64,000 nt of DNA from Candidatus Babeliales bacterium (GTDB lineage Bacteria; Babelota; Babeliae; Babelales; JANWKD01): assembly GCA_963722255.1 (NCBI GenBank), contig CAVRJO010000002.1, positions 480,001 to 544,000 on the forward strand, written 5' to 3'. The notes below the pieces were generated by a model. It ran no database searches. It was not told the origin of the DNA and saw nothing but the letters and a program-made list of their open reading frames with translations. Shown here piece by piece: positions 39,422 to 49,015 of the stretch; the first letter of the stretch is position 1; every line of letters begins with the position of its first letter. The translations under genes were made by a program, and so were the position numbers.

Positions 39422-41014
39422 TTACTGTGGTTTTGGTAATTGATTATACAGTCCACCTGCCACTCCGACAGCTTGAACACCCAACCCTGCCCAACCAAAA
39501 ACCCAACTCCACCATGCCGAATTTTTTTGAACTTCTAATTGTTCTTTACTAGAACGTTCAGCTAATACCAAAGATTCTTTGTTATGAATTCGCTGTAAAG
39601 CGATTGTTTCTTGATGACTAGCTTCTTGAAATTCTTTTTGAGCTAATGCTTGTCTTTCTTGCCAGGTATTAGCAAAATCTATTTGCATTCTAGATCCATG
39701 ATATTGCAAACCTAAACTTCCTACCAAATGAAGAAATTGGGTAATAAATGGATAGATTTCTTTGAAAATTTTATAATATCGCTTCCAAACTGTTTTGGAA
39801 TTTTCTTTGGCAATAGTTCGAATATATGCGATAGAGTTTTTATAATCATCTATAGCAACTTCAATTTCACAGTTATTAAGAGTAAATTCATCATCAACAT
39901 TTCTTTCTAATGCAAATAGATAAGCTAAGCATTTCATGGCATTCAATTGCCGCATACTGAAGCTGCTCGTTTGTTTTGTTAACCAATTTTTATCATTACG
40001 ATTAAAAGCTTGCACAAATTTTAATGGTGGTAGTGATGGCATTGCTTTAGCTAATTTAAATTCATTGCTTTCATCATTTTCTTCATCTGAATCATTATCT
40101 TCAAATAAACTATCTATGAATTTTTCACGCCTTTTAGAATCAGGCATCGCAATCTTAAACATTGATCCACAAAAGCGATCTTTTATTTGCGGCGGTAACT
40201 TTTTAATTTCATTGGTCGTTGCAATAAATAAAAGATTTTTATGCGTTTCACAATGATCAAGAATTCCTAAAAATTGTTCTATTGTGCCTTCATCTGGATT
40301 ATTCTTTTTACCATGTTTATTAGTAAGTCCGGTTAATTCATCAAAAATGATAGCTAAATACTCATCGCTCTTAAGGAGTGGCTCAAATATATACCTAAAA
40401 TTTACTTGTCCTGAATTTTTATATTGATTCAATAGTGATGAAGCGATAATAAATTGCCGAGGAAAGTTACAATAATCTGCGATGGCTTTTGCAAGGGAGC
40501 TTTTTCCAGAACCCGGAGGACCATACAAAAGTATTTTGTTAATTGCAAAACTTTTTACTCTATTTAATGATCTATAGGTCGTTGGGTTTTTCATTAATCC
40601 TATTTGAAAACGCAATAAGCTTGGGCAATTATGCAATAACGAGACTATAAGATTTGAATCTAGTTTAGTATACGAGCGAATATCTTCACCCTCAAACATA
40701 GGTTTAAACAATGAAAGATGTTCTTGATTATTTCCATAATTTTCATTATTTGGTATTGAAGATTGAACACGTTCTTTTTCTAATTCAATCTTTGCAAGCT
40801 GAATTGCAAACTTAAATAATGGCACAAGATTTCCGAATGTTTTTTGAAATTCATCCTCTTTTTCTTTTCCTTTATCTTGTTCCGGCATAATAAAAAAATT
40901 AGGTTTCTGATCAGAAAATACGAATCCTTTATTACCATCCTGTTCCATGCAAAAAGATTGATTCATGAATAAAACCGACATGATGATTAAAAAAAGAAAG
41001 CGATGATGCAACAT
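39422..41014 (-). CDS. classic AAA+ ATPase with signal peptide and C-terminal hydrophobic tail
   Basis: LLYGPPGSGKS, IIFDE, FIATTN, IKDRF, MPD...R; ATG 41014 with signal peptide ending SFC-ME. Confidence 0.85.
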   Translation of the reverse strand: MLHHRFLFLIIMSVLFMNQSFCMEQDGNKGFVFSDQKPNFFIMPEQDKGKEKEDEFQKTFGNLVPLFKFAIQLAKIELEKERVQSSIPNNENYGNNQEHLSLFKPMFEGEDIRSYTKLDSNLIVSLLHNCPSLLRFQIGLMKNPTTYRSLNRVKSFAINKILLYGPPGSGKSSLAKAIADYCNFPRQFIIASSLLNQYKNSGQVNFRYIFEPLLKSDEYLAIIFDELTGLTNKHGKKNNPDEGTIEQFLGILDHCETHKNLLFIATTNEIKKLPPQIKDRFCGSMFKIAMPDSKRREKFIDSLFEDNDSDEENDESNEFKLAKAMPSLPPLKFVQAFNRNDKNWLTKQTSSFSMRQLNAMKCLAYLFALERNVDDEFTLNNCEIEVAIDDYKNSIAYIRTIAKENSKTVWKRYYKIFKEIYPFITQFLHLVGSLGLQYHGSRMQIDFANTWQERQALAQKEFQEASHQETIALQRIHNKESLVLAERSSKEQLEVQKNSAWWSWVFGWAGLGVQAVGVAGGLYNQLPKPQ

Positions 41015-41230
41015 TATAGACTCCTTACTTGCATTAACTACCGTTGATAAAATTGATTCAATGGTACGTAATTTCAAAAAAAAGTAAAGTATCATTGCTT
41101 ACAAAGAGTTTATTGAACCCTTAAGAGCAGTGTCTCACAATTGCATTTAATAAAAATTAATCATATGCTGGTCGCAATATTTTTGTTGAGAACAGTTATT
41201 CATTTACCAAATTATTATTTGAAAGCAGCT

Positions 41231-41662
41231 ATGATGATTAAAAAAAATAGTAAAAAGCTATGGATTTTAAGCCTTTGTTTACTCTCCTTCTTTATGAATA
41301 CGACTCGTCCATATTCTTTACTACATGATAAACTCAACTCAGAATACAAATGCAGAGTAATCTCCATTTCCGGCTTTATTGGTTTTTATTCGTTGGCTCT
41401 TGGAATTATATATTCAGTCTTGGGACATAATCGCAAGCTCGATATGCCTACAACTCCCAGCGAAAGGCATTTTTTTGTGTTACGCAATTTTTTACCAAAA
41501 GAAGATTTAGAAAGAATCAAAGCGCATGATCAAATTGTTGCTGACCGAGAGATAACAGTAGGCAAAGCTTTAGTAACATTCGGGGCATTGTGTATTGCAG
41601 GCGGTATTACTTTAGCTTATTTACAGGAATTACGCATAAACACTAGCATTGTTTTGATCTAG
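41231..41662 (+). CDS. membrane protein whose 3' end is interrupted by an IS; paralog of 42936..43343
   Basis: Shares D.P...E...F..R....KEDLE with 42936; removing the IS restores ...AYLNEIFTALTK-stop. Confidence 0.7.
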   Translation: MMIKKNSKKLWILSLCLLSFFMNTTRPYSLLHDKLNSEYKCRVISISGFIGFYSLALGIIYSVLGHNRKLDMPTTPSERHFFVLRNFLPKEDLERIKAHDQIVADREITVGKALVTFGALCIAGGITLAYLQELRINTSIVLI

Positions 41663-42762
41663 AGCCGTAATGCATCGATTTAAAAAAGCAGGATTTTTTT
41701 TCTTAAGAGCTCTGATAGCGGTTTCTGCGTTTTTATAACCATTTTTTTTCATTTCCAATTGAACGAGAGAATATGCTAAAAGCACGGCACAAATATGGTC
41801 ATATTGTGTAACTATTTTTCGAGAAAAACATTCCTGTAAACCTAAACTTTGCTTAGTAGTTCTATTTAATTTCTCTATGCCCCATCGCTTTTTATAATTC
41901 ATAGCATGTTGTTTTGGAGTAGCTTTATAGGTTGCTGCTTGGTAAACAATTGTTTCATTGCCATGCTTATCAATGCGCCTTACAGCGGTAATATATAAAG
42001 AAAGGCCGCGCCAAATAACTTGTACAGTTCGAGCCATTTGGCGGCCTTTTGGACGTATTTCTTTAATTTCACGCAGCTTTTTCTTTTTTCCTTTGTACTC
42101 AACAACACGATTACTATGCATGCGCACTTCAGTTTCAATGTTATTTTCAATAGCCCATTGTAGATACTTTACAGTAGCATATGCACCATCTAAAACAGCA
42201 ATAATTCGTGTATTAGGGAAAAGTTTTTGAGCGGTATTAATGAAATGTTGTACAGTAATTCTTAAAGCTTCGCTTGGATTTGTATAAAATTCCTTACCAA
42301 AAGTAAAAGCAGCATTTATAGGCACAACAAACTTACGATCAGAAATAGCACCAATAATCAATTTGTATGCATTAATCGACCTGCCTATCTTAGTATCAAA
42401 AAGCCATCCCGTACCTTCCATCATTTGAGAATGAATTTTTTTGATAGCCGTTTCATCTATAACTGCTAATAATTCTTTTTTATCAGCGAAAATTTGTTGT
42501 GCAATTTTTTTTGATTGTTCAAGGCTTTCATGACCTGGCCGTAACATTCGGCTAATGGTATCTCCGCTTTTTTTGATTACCCTACCCATATTCTCAAAAC
42601 TTCGTTTGCCAATATTTGTAAGAATTGTAAGAAATGGATAAGTTGCTATAGTATTAACGATGATCATTTTAGGCTCTCCCTTGAATTAGGCTTTTTGGGA
42701 GAGTCTATTATTTTTTAAAAATACGTCTAGATCAAATCTTTAAATACTCTGCGGAAGTCCTG
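41624..42762 (-). mobile_element. insertion sequence, IS701/IS4-like
   Basis: Inverted ends caggaattacgca / caggacttccgca; flanking duplication tattta at 41618-41623 and 42763-42768. Confidence 0.85.
41630..42667 (-). CDS. DDE transposase, IS701/IS4-like
   Basis: IDET, LDGAY and Y..RWGIE...R..KQSLGL motifs. Confidence 0.88.
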   Translation of the reverse strand: MIIVNTIATYPFLTILTNIGKRSFENMGRVIKKSGDTISRMLRPGHESLEQSKKIAQQIFADKKELLAVIDETAIKKIHSQMMEGTGWLFDTKIGRSINAYKLIIGAISDRKFVVPINAAFTFGKEFYTNPSEALRITVQHFINTAQKLFPNTRIIAVLDGAYATVKYLQWAIENNIETEVRMHSNRVVEYKGKKKKLREIKEIRPKGRQMARTVQVIWRGLSLYITAVRRIDKHGNETIVYQAATYKATPKQHAMNYKKRWGIEKLNRTTKQSLGLQECFSRKIVTQYDHICAVLLAYSLVQLEMKKNGYKNAETAIRALKKKNPAFLNRCITALDQNNASVYA

Positions 42763-42935
42763 TATTTAAATGAGATCTTTACTGCTCTAACTAAATGAGT
42801 ATGAAAAAAATTTATTAAATATTTTTTTTGTTCAAGCGACCCTTATTAGAAATTTGCAATAACCTAAATTTATACCTACTCTTAGAGCTGGTTTTAAGAT
42901 ATTCTGCACGTTAAATACATTATTCGAAGGTAATT

Positions 42936-43343
42936 ATGTTACACAAAAAATTGAAAAAAATTTTGTTTATCGCCAGCTTTATTTCAATATTTATAAATTT
43001 TGAAAACAAAGCTATAGATGCCAGACAGCAAAGTCAAATAGAAGAACAACAAATAAAAGCGACTATTATAGGCACAATAGCACTATTTGGCGTTTTAACA
43101 GGACTCGTTGGAACGATTAACATTGTTAAGGGAATAACACACTTTTTCGATATACCATTAAGCCATGAAGAAAATATTATTTTTACAAAACGTTTTTGCA
43201 TGAGCAAAGAAGATTTAGAAAAACATCTTATAGGAAATAAAATAAAGGCATCTGCAGAAATTCTTTTGGGTTTAATTTGTTTGTGTGGTGCTTACAATTC
43301 TATGCTTGGTTCTATACAACTTGCACAAACCCAAATACAGTGA
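42936..43343 (+). CDS. secreted/membrane hypothetical protein
   Basis: Signal peptide plus two hydrophobic helices; paralog of 41231. Confidence 0.7.
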   Translation: MLHKKLKKILFIASFISIFINFENKAIDARQQSQIEEQQIKATIIGTIALFGVLTGLVGTINIVKGITHFFDIPLSHEENIIFTKRFCMSKEDLEKHLIGNKIKASAEILLGLICLCGAYNSMLGSIQLAQTQIQ

Positions 43344-43363
43344 ATTTTACATGATTAAAATAG

Positions 43364-45073
43364 TTAATCTATTTTAATGGGAAGTTTACCTTCTGCTTTA
43401 ATTTCGCCCAATAAAAATTGTGCTGCAGCTTTATGTGCTGGAGCATAATCTTCATAAGCAATGATAATTTCATCTGCATCCTTACAATACGATACAGAAT
43501 AAGGGGTTCCAAAAATAACCACAATGAGTTGTTTACTCTGTTCTTTCAACCGGCGCAATAATGCAAGCGTAGTAGCTGATAACCCAAACTGCTTATGCAC
43601 ATCTTTTGTAAATGAGCCAATGCCAACAATAACAGTCTCGACTTCACGTAATGATTCCAAACAAGATTCAAAATCATTTTGGCTAAACTGAGCACTGAAA
43701 GAAACTGATGTACTACAATATTTTTCTAACAATTCAGAAAATTTATTTGCTGAATTCATACCGATGGTAACAACTGCAGTTGAAGCAACAAAATCTGAAC
43801 TATAGTGAATTGTTAATTGATTTTTTACGCAGGTAAGCGCTTGAGTATATACTTTTTCTTGTAACGCGTACGCTTCCGGGCGTACAAAAAAACGCAAGGC
43901 TTCATCTTGTGTGACAGCAACGTGATGCTTAAATGCCCACTCTTTTGCCTTTAAAATTTTTAAAACACGTGCATCAAGCTCGTACTCAGAGATGCGTCCT
44001 GAAATAACTGCATTTTCAATTAAATCAAGAGCAGCAGGAACATCAAGAGGACATAAGAGTATATCATTACCTGCTAAAAATGCTTCTAGCTCAACTTCGC
44101 CGGGTTTGAAATGATCAGTAATTGCCTGCATGCCAAGCCCATCGGTAATAACTAACCCTTGAAATCCCAATTTTTGCTTAAGCTCTTGCGTAACAACTGC
44201 ATATGATAAACTTGAAGGTCTATTTTCACGAGCATCAAAAGCAGGAAGAAAAAGATGCGCATTCATTACTGCACCAACACCTTCATCAATTAATTTCTTA
44301 AAGGGTACCATCTCAACAGCCTTAAGCCGTTCTTGAGAATGCATGATAACCGGCAATGCACTGTGCGAATCGACATGTGTGTCACCATGGCCAGGAAAAT
44401 GTTTTGCACATGCAATGATACCTGCGTCCTGCAGCCCATGCATAAACAGCTCTCCTAATCGAGCAACGCGTTCCGGATCATCACCAAATGATCGATCATG
44501 AATCACGGGATTTTCAGGATTATTATTTACATCTACCACAGGCGCAAAGTTTATGTGTACACCAAGTGCATTGCATTGCTTTCCAATTTCGTAGCCGATT
44601 TCATACACACTCTTTTCATCTGCAATTGCACCCAAAGTCATATTGCGTGGATAGCGCACAACTTCTGATGGATTATTATCCAATCGCATGCTTAATCCCC
44701 ATTCACAATCTTGGGTAATAAATAAGAGGATAGAAGATTGTTGTTGAAATTTTTGCGTTAATGCCATCTGTTTTATCGGATCGCTTTTAAATAAAAAGAT
44801 GACACCGCCAACATAATATTCTTTGATAAGAAAACTGATATATTCCTCATCCATTCTATAGGGTGATGCTTGCATAGTTGCTGCAAGAATCTCATTGGGT
44901 TGTTCAAAATTTGAAGCTGAAGCTACTATAAAAAGTTGCCCAATTTTCTGGCGTCGTGTTAATGTTTGTAAAATATTTTCAGCCCATCTAGTTGGCTGAG
45001 TTAGATAAGGAGGCATTATTGGCTTTAAAAAACAAATAGAGAAAAATAGTATCAGAACTAAGCAAATCTTCAT
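43364..45073 (-). CDS. GH3 beta-N-acetylhexosaminidase (NagZ-like with C-terminal domain)
   Basis: NFAPVVDVN, RSFG, KHFPGHGDTHVDSH, ITDGL.M. Confidence 0.92.
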   Translation of the reverse strand: MKICLVLILFFSICFLKPIMPPYLTQPTRWAENILQTLTRRQKIGQLFIVASASNFEQPNEILAATMQASPYRMDEEYISFLIKEYYVGGVIFLFKSDPIKQMALTQKFQQQSSILLFITQDCEWGLSMRLDNNPSEVVRYPRNMTLGAIADEKSVYEIGYEIGKQCNALGVHINFAPVVDVNNNPENPVIHDRSFGDDPERVARLGELFMHGLQDAGIIACAKHFPGHGDTHVDSHSALPVIMHSQERLKAVEMVPFKKLIDEGVGAVMNAHLFLPAFDARENRPSSLSYAVVTQELKQKLGFQGLVITDGLGMQAITDHFKPGEVELEAFLAGNDILLCPLDVPAALDLIENAVISGRISEYELDARVLKILKAKEWAFKHHVAVTQDEALRFFVRPEAYALQEKVYTQALTCVKNQLTIHYSSDFVASTAVVTIGMNSANKFSELLEKYCSTSVSFSAQFSQNDFESCLESLREVETVIVGIGSFTKDVHKQFGLSATTLALLRRLKEQSKQLIVVIFGTPYSVSYCKDADEIIIAYEDYAPAHKAAAQFLLGEIKAEGKLPIKID

Positions 45074-45123
45074 TAATTCTCCTTAAATCTAGCATCTAAC
45101 AAGAAAAATAGAGTAAGGTTAAG

Positions 45124-45852
45124 TTGCATCATTTTTTACTATTAAGCAAGGTGAATTCTATGCTGCGACATACTTATTTTCTCTATTTTTTCACAGCTCT
45201 TTTGATACAAACATGCACTAATGCTCAAGAGATGAGCCCAGATACTGCGAATCCTACGCCGGAACAGAAAATAGTAGTTCGTAAAAAACCTATCGGAAAT
45301 CGCATACAGGATGCATTTGCTACAGCAAAAACATATGTTACAGAAAATATACAAAAAATAGTTGATAAAACAACTAAAAAATATCCTGAACCAAAAGTTA
45401 TTGTCATACGTAACCATACTCGTTTAAAACGATGGATGTTCAACAAAAACTTTCGAAAAGACAAATCAAAAAAAGATATTTTGTATCACACCTTTCATCC
45501 TATTGCAAACTATTTTATAGAGCGTTATGGCAAAAAAGAAGCATATAACTCCGGTAAATTTAGTGGAATAAAATATTCATTACAAGGGCAAATCAGATAT
45601 CCAAATGGTAAGAAAAAGAATGTTGTTTTTAGCATTACAAAAGATCATAAGGATCGTTGGTATCATCGAGAAATTAAATTTCATAATCCAAAAAAATTAC
45701 GTGTTTCATCTGATACTTTTGAACCAAAAATTATGCATTATAAATTTGGTAATAAAGGAGCAGTACGAACAATTGTCTATTTTGAAAATAGTTCATGGAT
45801 TAAAATTTATGATGCTGCAAATGACGTCACACTCTATTTGATGAAACAATGA
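45124..45852 (+). CDS. secreted basic hypothetical protein
   Basis: Signal peptide, Lys-rich ORF; no family recognised. Confidence 0.65.
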   Translation: MHHFLLLSKVNSMLRHTYFLYFFTALLIQTCTNAQEMSPDTANPTPEQKIVVRKKPIGNRIQDAFATAKTYVTENIQKIVDKTTKKYPEPKVIVIRNHTRLKRWMFNKNFRKDKSKKDILYHTFHPIANYFIERYGKKEAYNSGKFSGIKYSLQGQIRYPNGKKKNVVFSITKDHKDRWYHREIKFHNPKKLRVSSDTFEPKIMHYKFGNKGAVRTIVYFENSSWIKIYDAANDVTLYLMKQ

Positions 45853-45859
45853 AAAATCT

Positions 45860-47632
45860 TCACCCAATTACCTCTATTGCATCAGCCGTAACACGAACTC
45901 GTTGCCCCTGAAACGTCGTTAACTCAAAACCGGTAAATCCTTGTTCATTATACATGCGTGCATGATCTTGCAAATAATGCAATGCTACTTGCTCACCAAT
46001 TAAAATTCCTTCAAGCGCATCCATGCGATAATGAATGCCGGCAAAATTTCTTCCCATAGCCACATTACATGCAAGCTTATTAAGCTCACCGCCAACGGTA
46101 AGAAGATTACTACCTTCATGAACCGATACATTTACCAGTTGTGTTGCATCAGCAGGATCCGGTTTTTTTGGTGTAACATGGTTTTTGATCAATTCATCAT
46201 CATTAAAGAATGCTTTTATTACTGTAATACACGCACCTGAAAGAGTTCCGTGACCGGAAGGATATGAGGGATGCGCTGGCGCGCCATCAGGAAACATTTG
46301 AGACAATAAATAGGTTTCTGCTGCCGGCGGGGTCAAAGGATCCTGAACTGCGTTTGTTTCTTGGATACTATTATAGCTTTTAACCCAATTAAGGAGATTA
46401 ATTTTTCCTGCCGGCGTTTGGTACGTTGCAAAAAAAGTTGAATAAAGATTATTAGGATTAGTATCGGTAACTTTTGCTTTATGAACAAGACCTGCAAAAG
46501 CATCGGGTCGCAACACTCGCTGCGCACGCCACTTATGAGCCCATGCATGCTTTAATGCTTCATTAACAACATCAAATAAAGCACTATACACATCGCCTGT
46601 ATTCATATCAACGAATGCTGCTTCGTTAAGCATAGTTCCATTGTAATAGGGAAGCGTTGTTGAAAAAGGAAACTTATACAAGATCAAACTATTAACAGCA
46701 TAAAAGAAAATCTCTCCAGGGCCATCGCTATGAACAAGCGTAGCAAGATCTCTTCCACGAGTTATATATGCTTGACCAGTAAAATCAGAAGAAATATAGG
46801 GCCGTGGAATAAGACCATTTTGAATTGCAACAAAATCGGACCACGAAACACCAAATTCACGATTTTGCGCAAGGTCGACATACGGAATAAAGATACGATG
46901 TGGTTGAAAGAGGATCGGAACATTACAATATTCAAATTGAGATACAGAGGGCCCTATTAAACTATTTTTAGCATCTATTTTGAAAAGAAGATCAGGCGTC
47001 ACTACATGATTGATTTTGGGACCTTCATATGCATCACCAAGACCTGTTAAAATTGCAGCTGCATTATGAGTGATTGATCCACCATTAATGGTATCTCTAT
47101 CGGTTCCTGCTCCGGTTCCATAATCTGAAAAAAGGACACTGCGGCAAATAGTCTGTAAATACAATTCAATAAGTAGGGCTGCTGCTTTCGGTGTTGAGAG
47201 CAAGGGAAAAAGAGGCATTGGTAGTAGATTGTTTGGTATTCCTTGCAAAGTAAGTAGATTACTTCCTTGTGGATTTACAAACTTTGATGAACCGGGAAAA
47301 CGAACTATCGCATTATAATCAATTTGCTTTGTTGAATCTATTGCCTTAAGCAGCTGTTGATAATTCTGAACTCCGGAAGGCGTTAAAAGTCCGGTTGCAG
47401 CATCATGTTCTAATGATTTGGTATGCGCAGGAGCATACAGATTTTTTCCTGTTGCATCCCCATTATTTTCAGCAGCAATAGCATAATCCGGCATCAACAA
47501 TACTGAATGCAAGGCTGCATCCAAACGCATTAAATATTCTTTAATTTTTTGATCGTTATCATTACTACAACAAGCATCAGCTGTAAAAACTACAGGTATA
47601 CTTAACAGAATATATAAATAAATTTTTTTCAT
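45860..47632 (-). CDS. vanadium-dependent haloperoxidase (bromoperoxidase-like)
   Basis: KWRAQRVLRP, HPSYPSGH and GRNFAGIHYRMD vanadate-binding motifs; about 590 aa with a signal peptide from ATG 47632. Confidence 0.88.
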   Translation of the reverse strand: MKKIYLYILLSIPVVFTADACCSNDNDQKIKEYLMRLDAALHSVLLMPDYAIAAENNGDATGKNLYAPAHTKSLEHDAATGLLTPSGVQNYQQLLKAIDSTKQIDYNAIVRFPGSSKFVNPQGSNLLTLQGIPNNLLPMPLFPLLSTPKAAALLIELYLQTICRSVLFSDYGTGAGTDRDTINGGSITHNAAAILTGLGDAYEGPKINHVVTPDLLFKIDAKNSLIGPSVSQFEYCNVPILFQPHRIFIPYVDLAQNREFGVSWSDFVAIQNGLIPRPYISSDFTGQAYITRGRDLATLVHSDGPGEIFFYAVNSLILYKFPFSTTLPYYNGTMLNEAAFVDMNTGDVYSALFDVVNEALKHAWAHKWRAQRVLRPDAFAGLVHKAKVTDTNPNNLYSTFFATYQTPAGKINLLNWVKSYNSIQETNAVQDPLTPPAAETYLLSQMFPDGAPAHPSYPSGHGTLSGACITVIKAFFNDDELIKNHVTPKKPDPADATQLVNVSVHEGSNLLTVGGELNKLACNVAMGRNFAGIHYRMDALEGILIGEQVALHYLQDHARMYNEQGFTGFELTTFQGQRVRVTADAIEVIG

Positions 47633-47642
47633 AAGAAATTCC

Positions 47643-48014
47643 TTAACTAATGATACACAATGATTGTTCTTCTGCGCCATTATTTTGAGCTGTCTCAAAA
47701 GGCAATGCTGACAACGTTTCGTCAATTGAACTAAGAAAATAACAGTAAGTCACTGTTTTATTTGAAGATTTATAAGAGAGTGTCACTTCTTGCTTATATG
47801 GATCCAAGACTGCTTTTGCACCTGACTTTTTATTAATAAGTTCTTTTGATTCTTTTGACTCTTCTGCATCTTGTATAGCTTTTTTTACCATTTCTGATTC
47901 ACCAATCCATGGCAAAATAAGTTCATAAAGCATAAGTGCTTTAGCCTGATACATACTATAGGTATAACTTGTTGCCATACACAAACTTATTAAAAAATAT
48001 ACTGCCTTCTTCAT
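47643..48014 (-). CDS. small secreted protein ending in a CaaX motif (CIIS)
   Basis: Signal peptide; PW...AI..A..S.E family motif; C-terminus SLCIIS. Confidence 0.75.
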   Translation of the reverse strand: MKKAVYFLISLCMATSYTYSMYQAKALMLYELILPWIGESEMVKKAIQDAEESKESKELINKKSGAKAVLDPYKQEVTLSYKSSNKTVTYCYFLSSIDETLSALPFETAQNNGAEEQSLCIIS

Positions 48015-48156
48015 ACAGATTCCTTTTCACAAAAGTTTATATTAAAAAAATCTAATCATATTAAGGAGGTAATTAACAAGAATTATTCTTTTTCTTGTCT
48101 GCAGCAATACTCTTTGATACTATCTTTACTATAATAATTTACAGAAGGATAATTTA

Positions 48157-48528
48157 TTGTGTATAAAAAATAGCCAATTAATCTTTATTTTATTGTTAGG
48201 AGCATCATTATTTTCATCTCAAAAAATCAAATGCATGCATCCACAAAGTTTATATGATATAAGAATTTTTATTCCATGGGGGTGGCAAATTGAAGGGCAG
48301 CAGGAAGAAATACAAGAGGCAATTGAACAAGCAAAAAAATCAGAAAATGGAAAATATAAAATCACCTATCATAATTATTCTGCTGAGTTCGATGATTATA
48401 CTCAATCGGTTGAATTACACTACCATGATTTATATGCATCAATGGGCTATGATGAATTTTTGCAACAGATTGATTTAAAAGCAACTAAAGCTCAAAAATC
48501 AAAAAGTAAATGCTGCTCTTTACAATAG
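48157..48528 (+). CDS. small secreted protein ending in a CaaX motif (CSLQ)
   Basis: Paralog of its neighbours; C-terminus KSKSKCCSLQ. Confidence 0.75.
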   Translation: MCIKNSQLIFILLLGASLFSSQKIKCMHPQSLYDIRIFIPWGWQIEGQQEEIQEAIEQAKKSENGKYKITYHNYSAEFDDYTQSVELHYHDLYASMGYDEFLQQIDLKATKAQKSKSKCCSLQ

Positions 48529-48610
48529 TTTTTTTACTTTTTTTAGCATTTCTTGCTTATAACTCTCCTTTTAGATAGTATCATTGCATCTATAATAAAT
48601 CTTAAGGAGA

Positions 48611-48997
48611 TTGTCCATGAATGCGAAATGTACTCTTGTTCTATTTTTTTTACTCTTACCGTTATCTCAGAATATAATTTGTATGGAATCATCAGAAGCA
48701 ATGAAAGCTATATTACTTACCATGCCTTGGGCTGACAAACACGAAATGGTGTTAAATGCCATTGAAGATGCAAAAAGTTCCGAAGATGGTATTAAAAAAA
48801 TTTCATGTGAAGGATTTGATGCGGTGTTTAACACAAAAAATGACATCGTTTCTTTATATTATAACGCTGAAAATCTAAGTGAAAGTATGGGATGCTCATT
48901 TTTTTTAAAATCTATAGGTATTAAAGAAGAACAAAAAACACCTCCAACCACTCCTCAACAAAATAACAATTGGTGGCCTTCTTGCACATTACAATAG
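48611..48997 (+). CDS. small secreted protein ending in a CaaX motif (CTLQ)
   Basis: Paralog of its neighbours; C-terminus WWPSCTLQ. Confidence 0.75.
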   Translation: MSMNAKCTLVLFFLLLPLSQNIICMESSEAMKAILLTMPWADKHEMVLNAIEDAKSSEDGIKKISCEGFDAVFNTKNDIVSLYYNAENLSESMGCSFFLKSIGIKEEQKTPPTTPQQNNNWWPSCTLQ

Positions 48998-49015
48998 CTT
49001 TTGAGCAATAAAATG

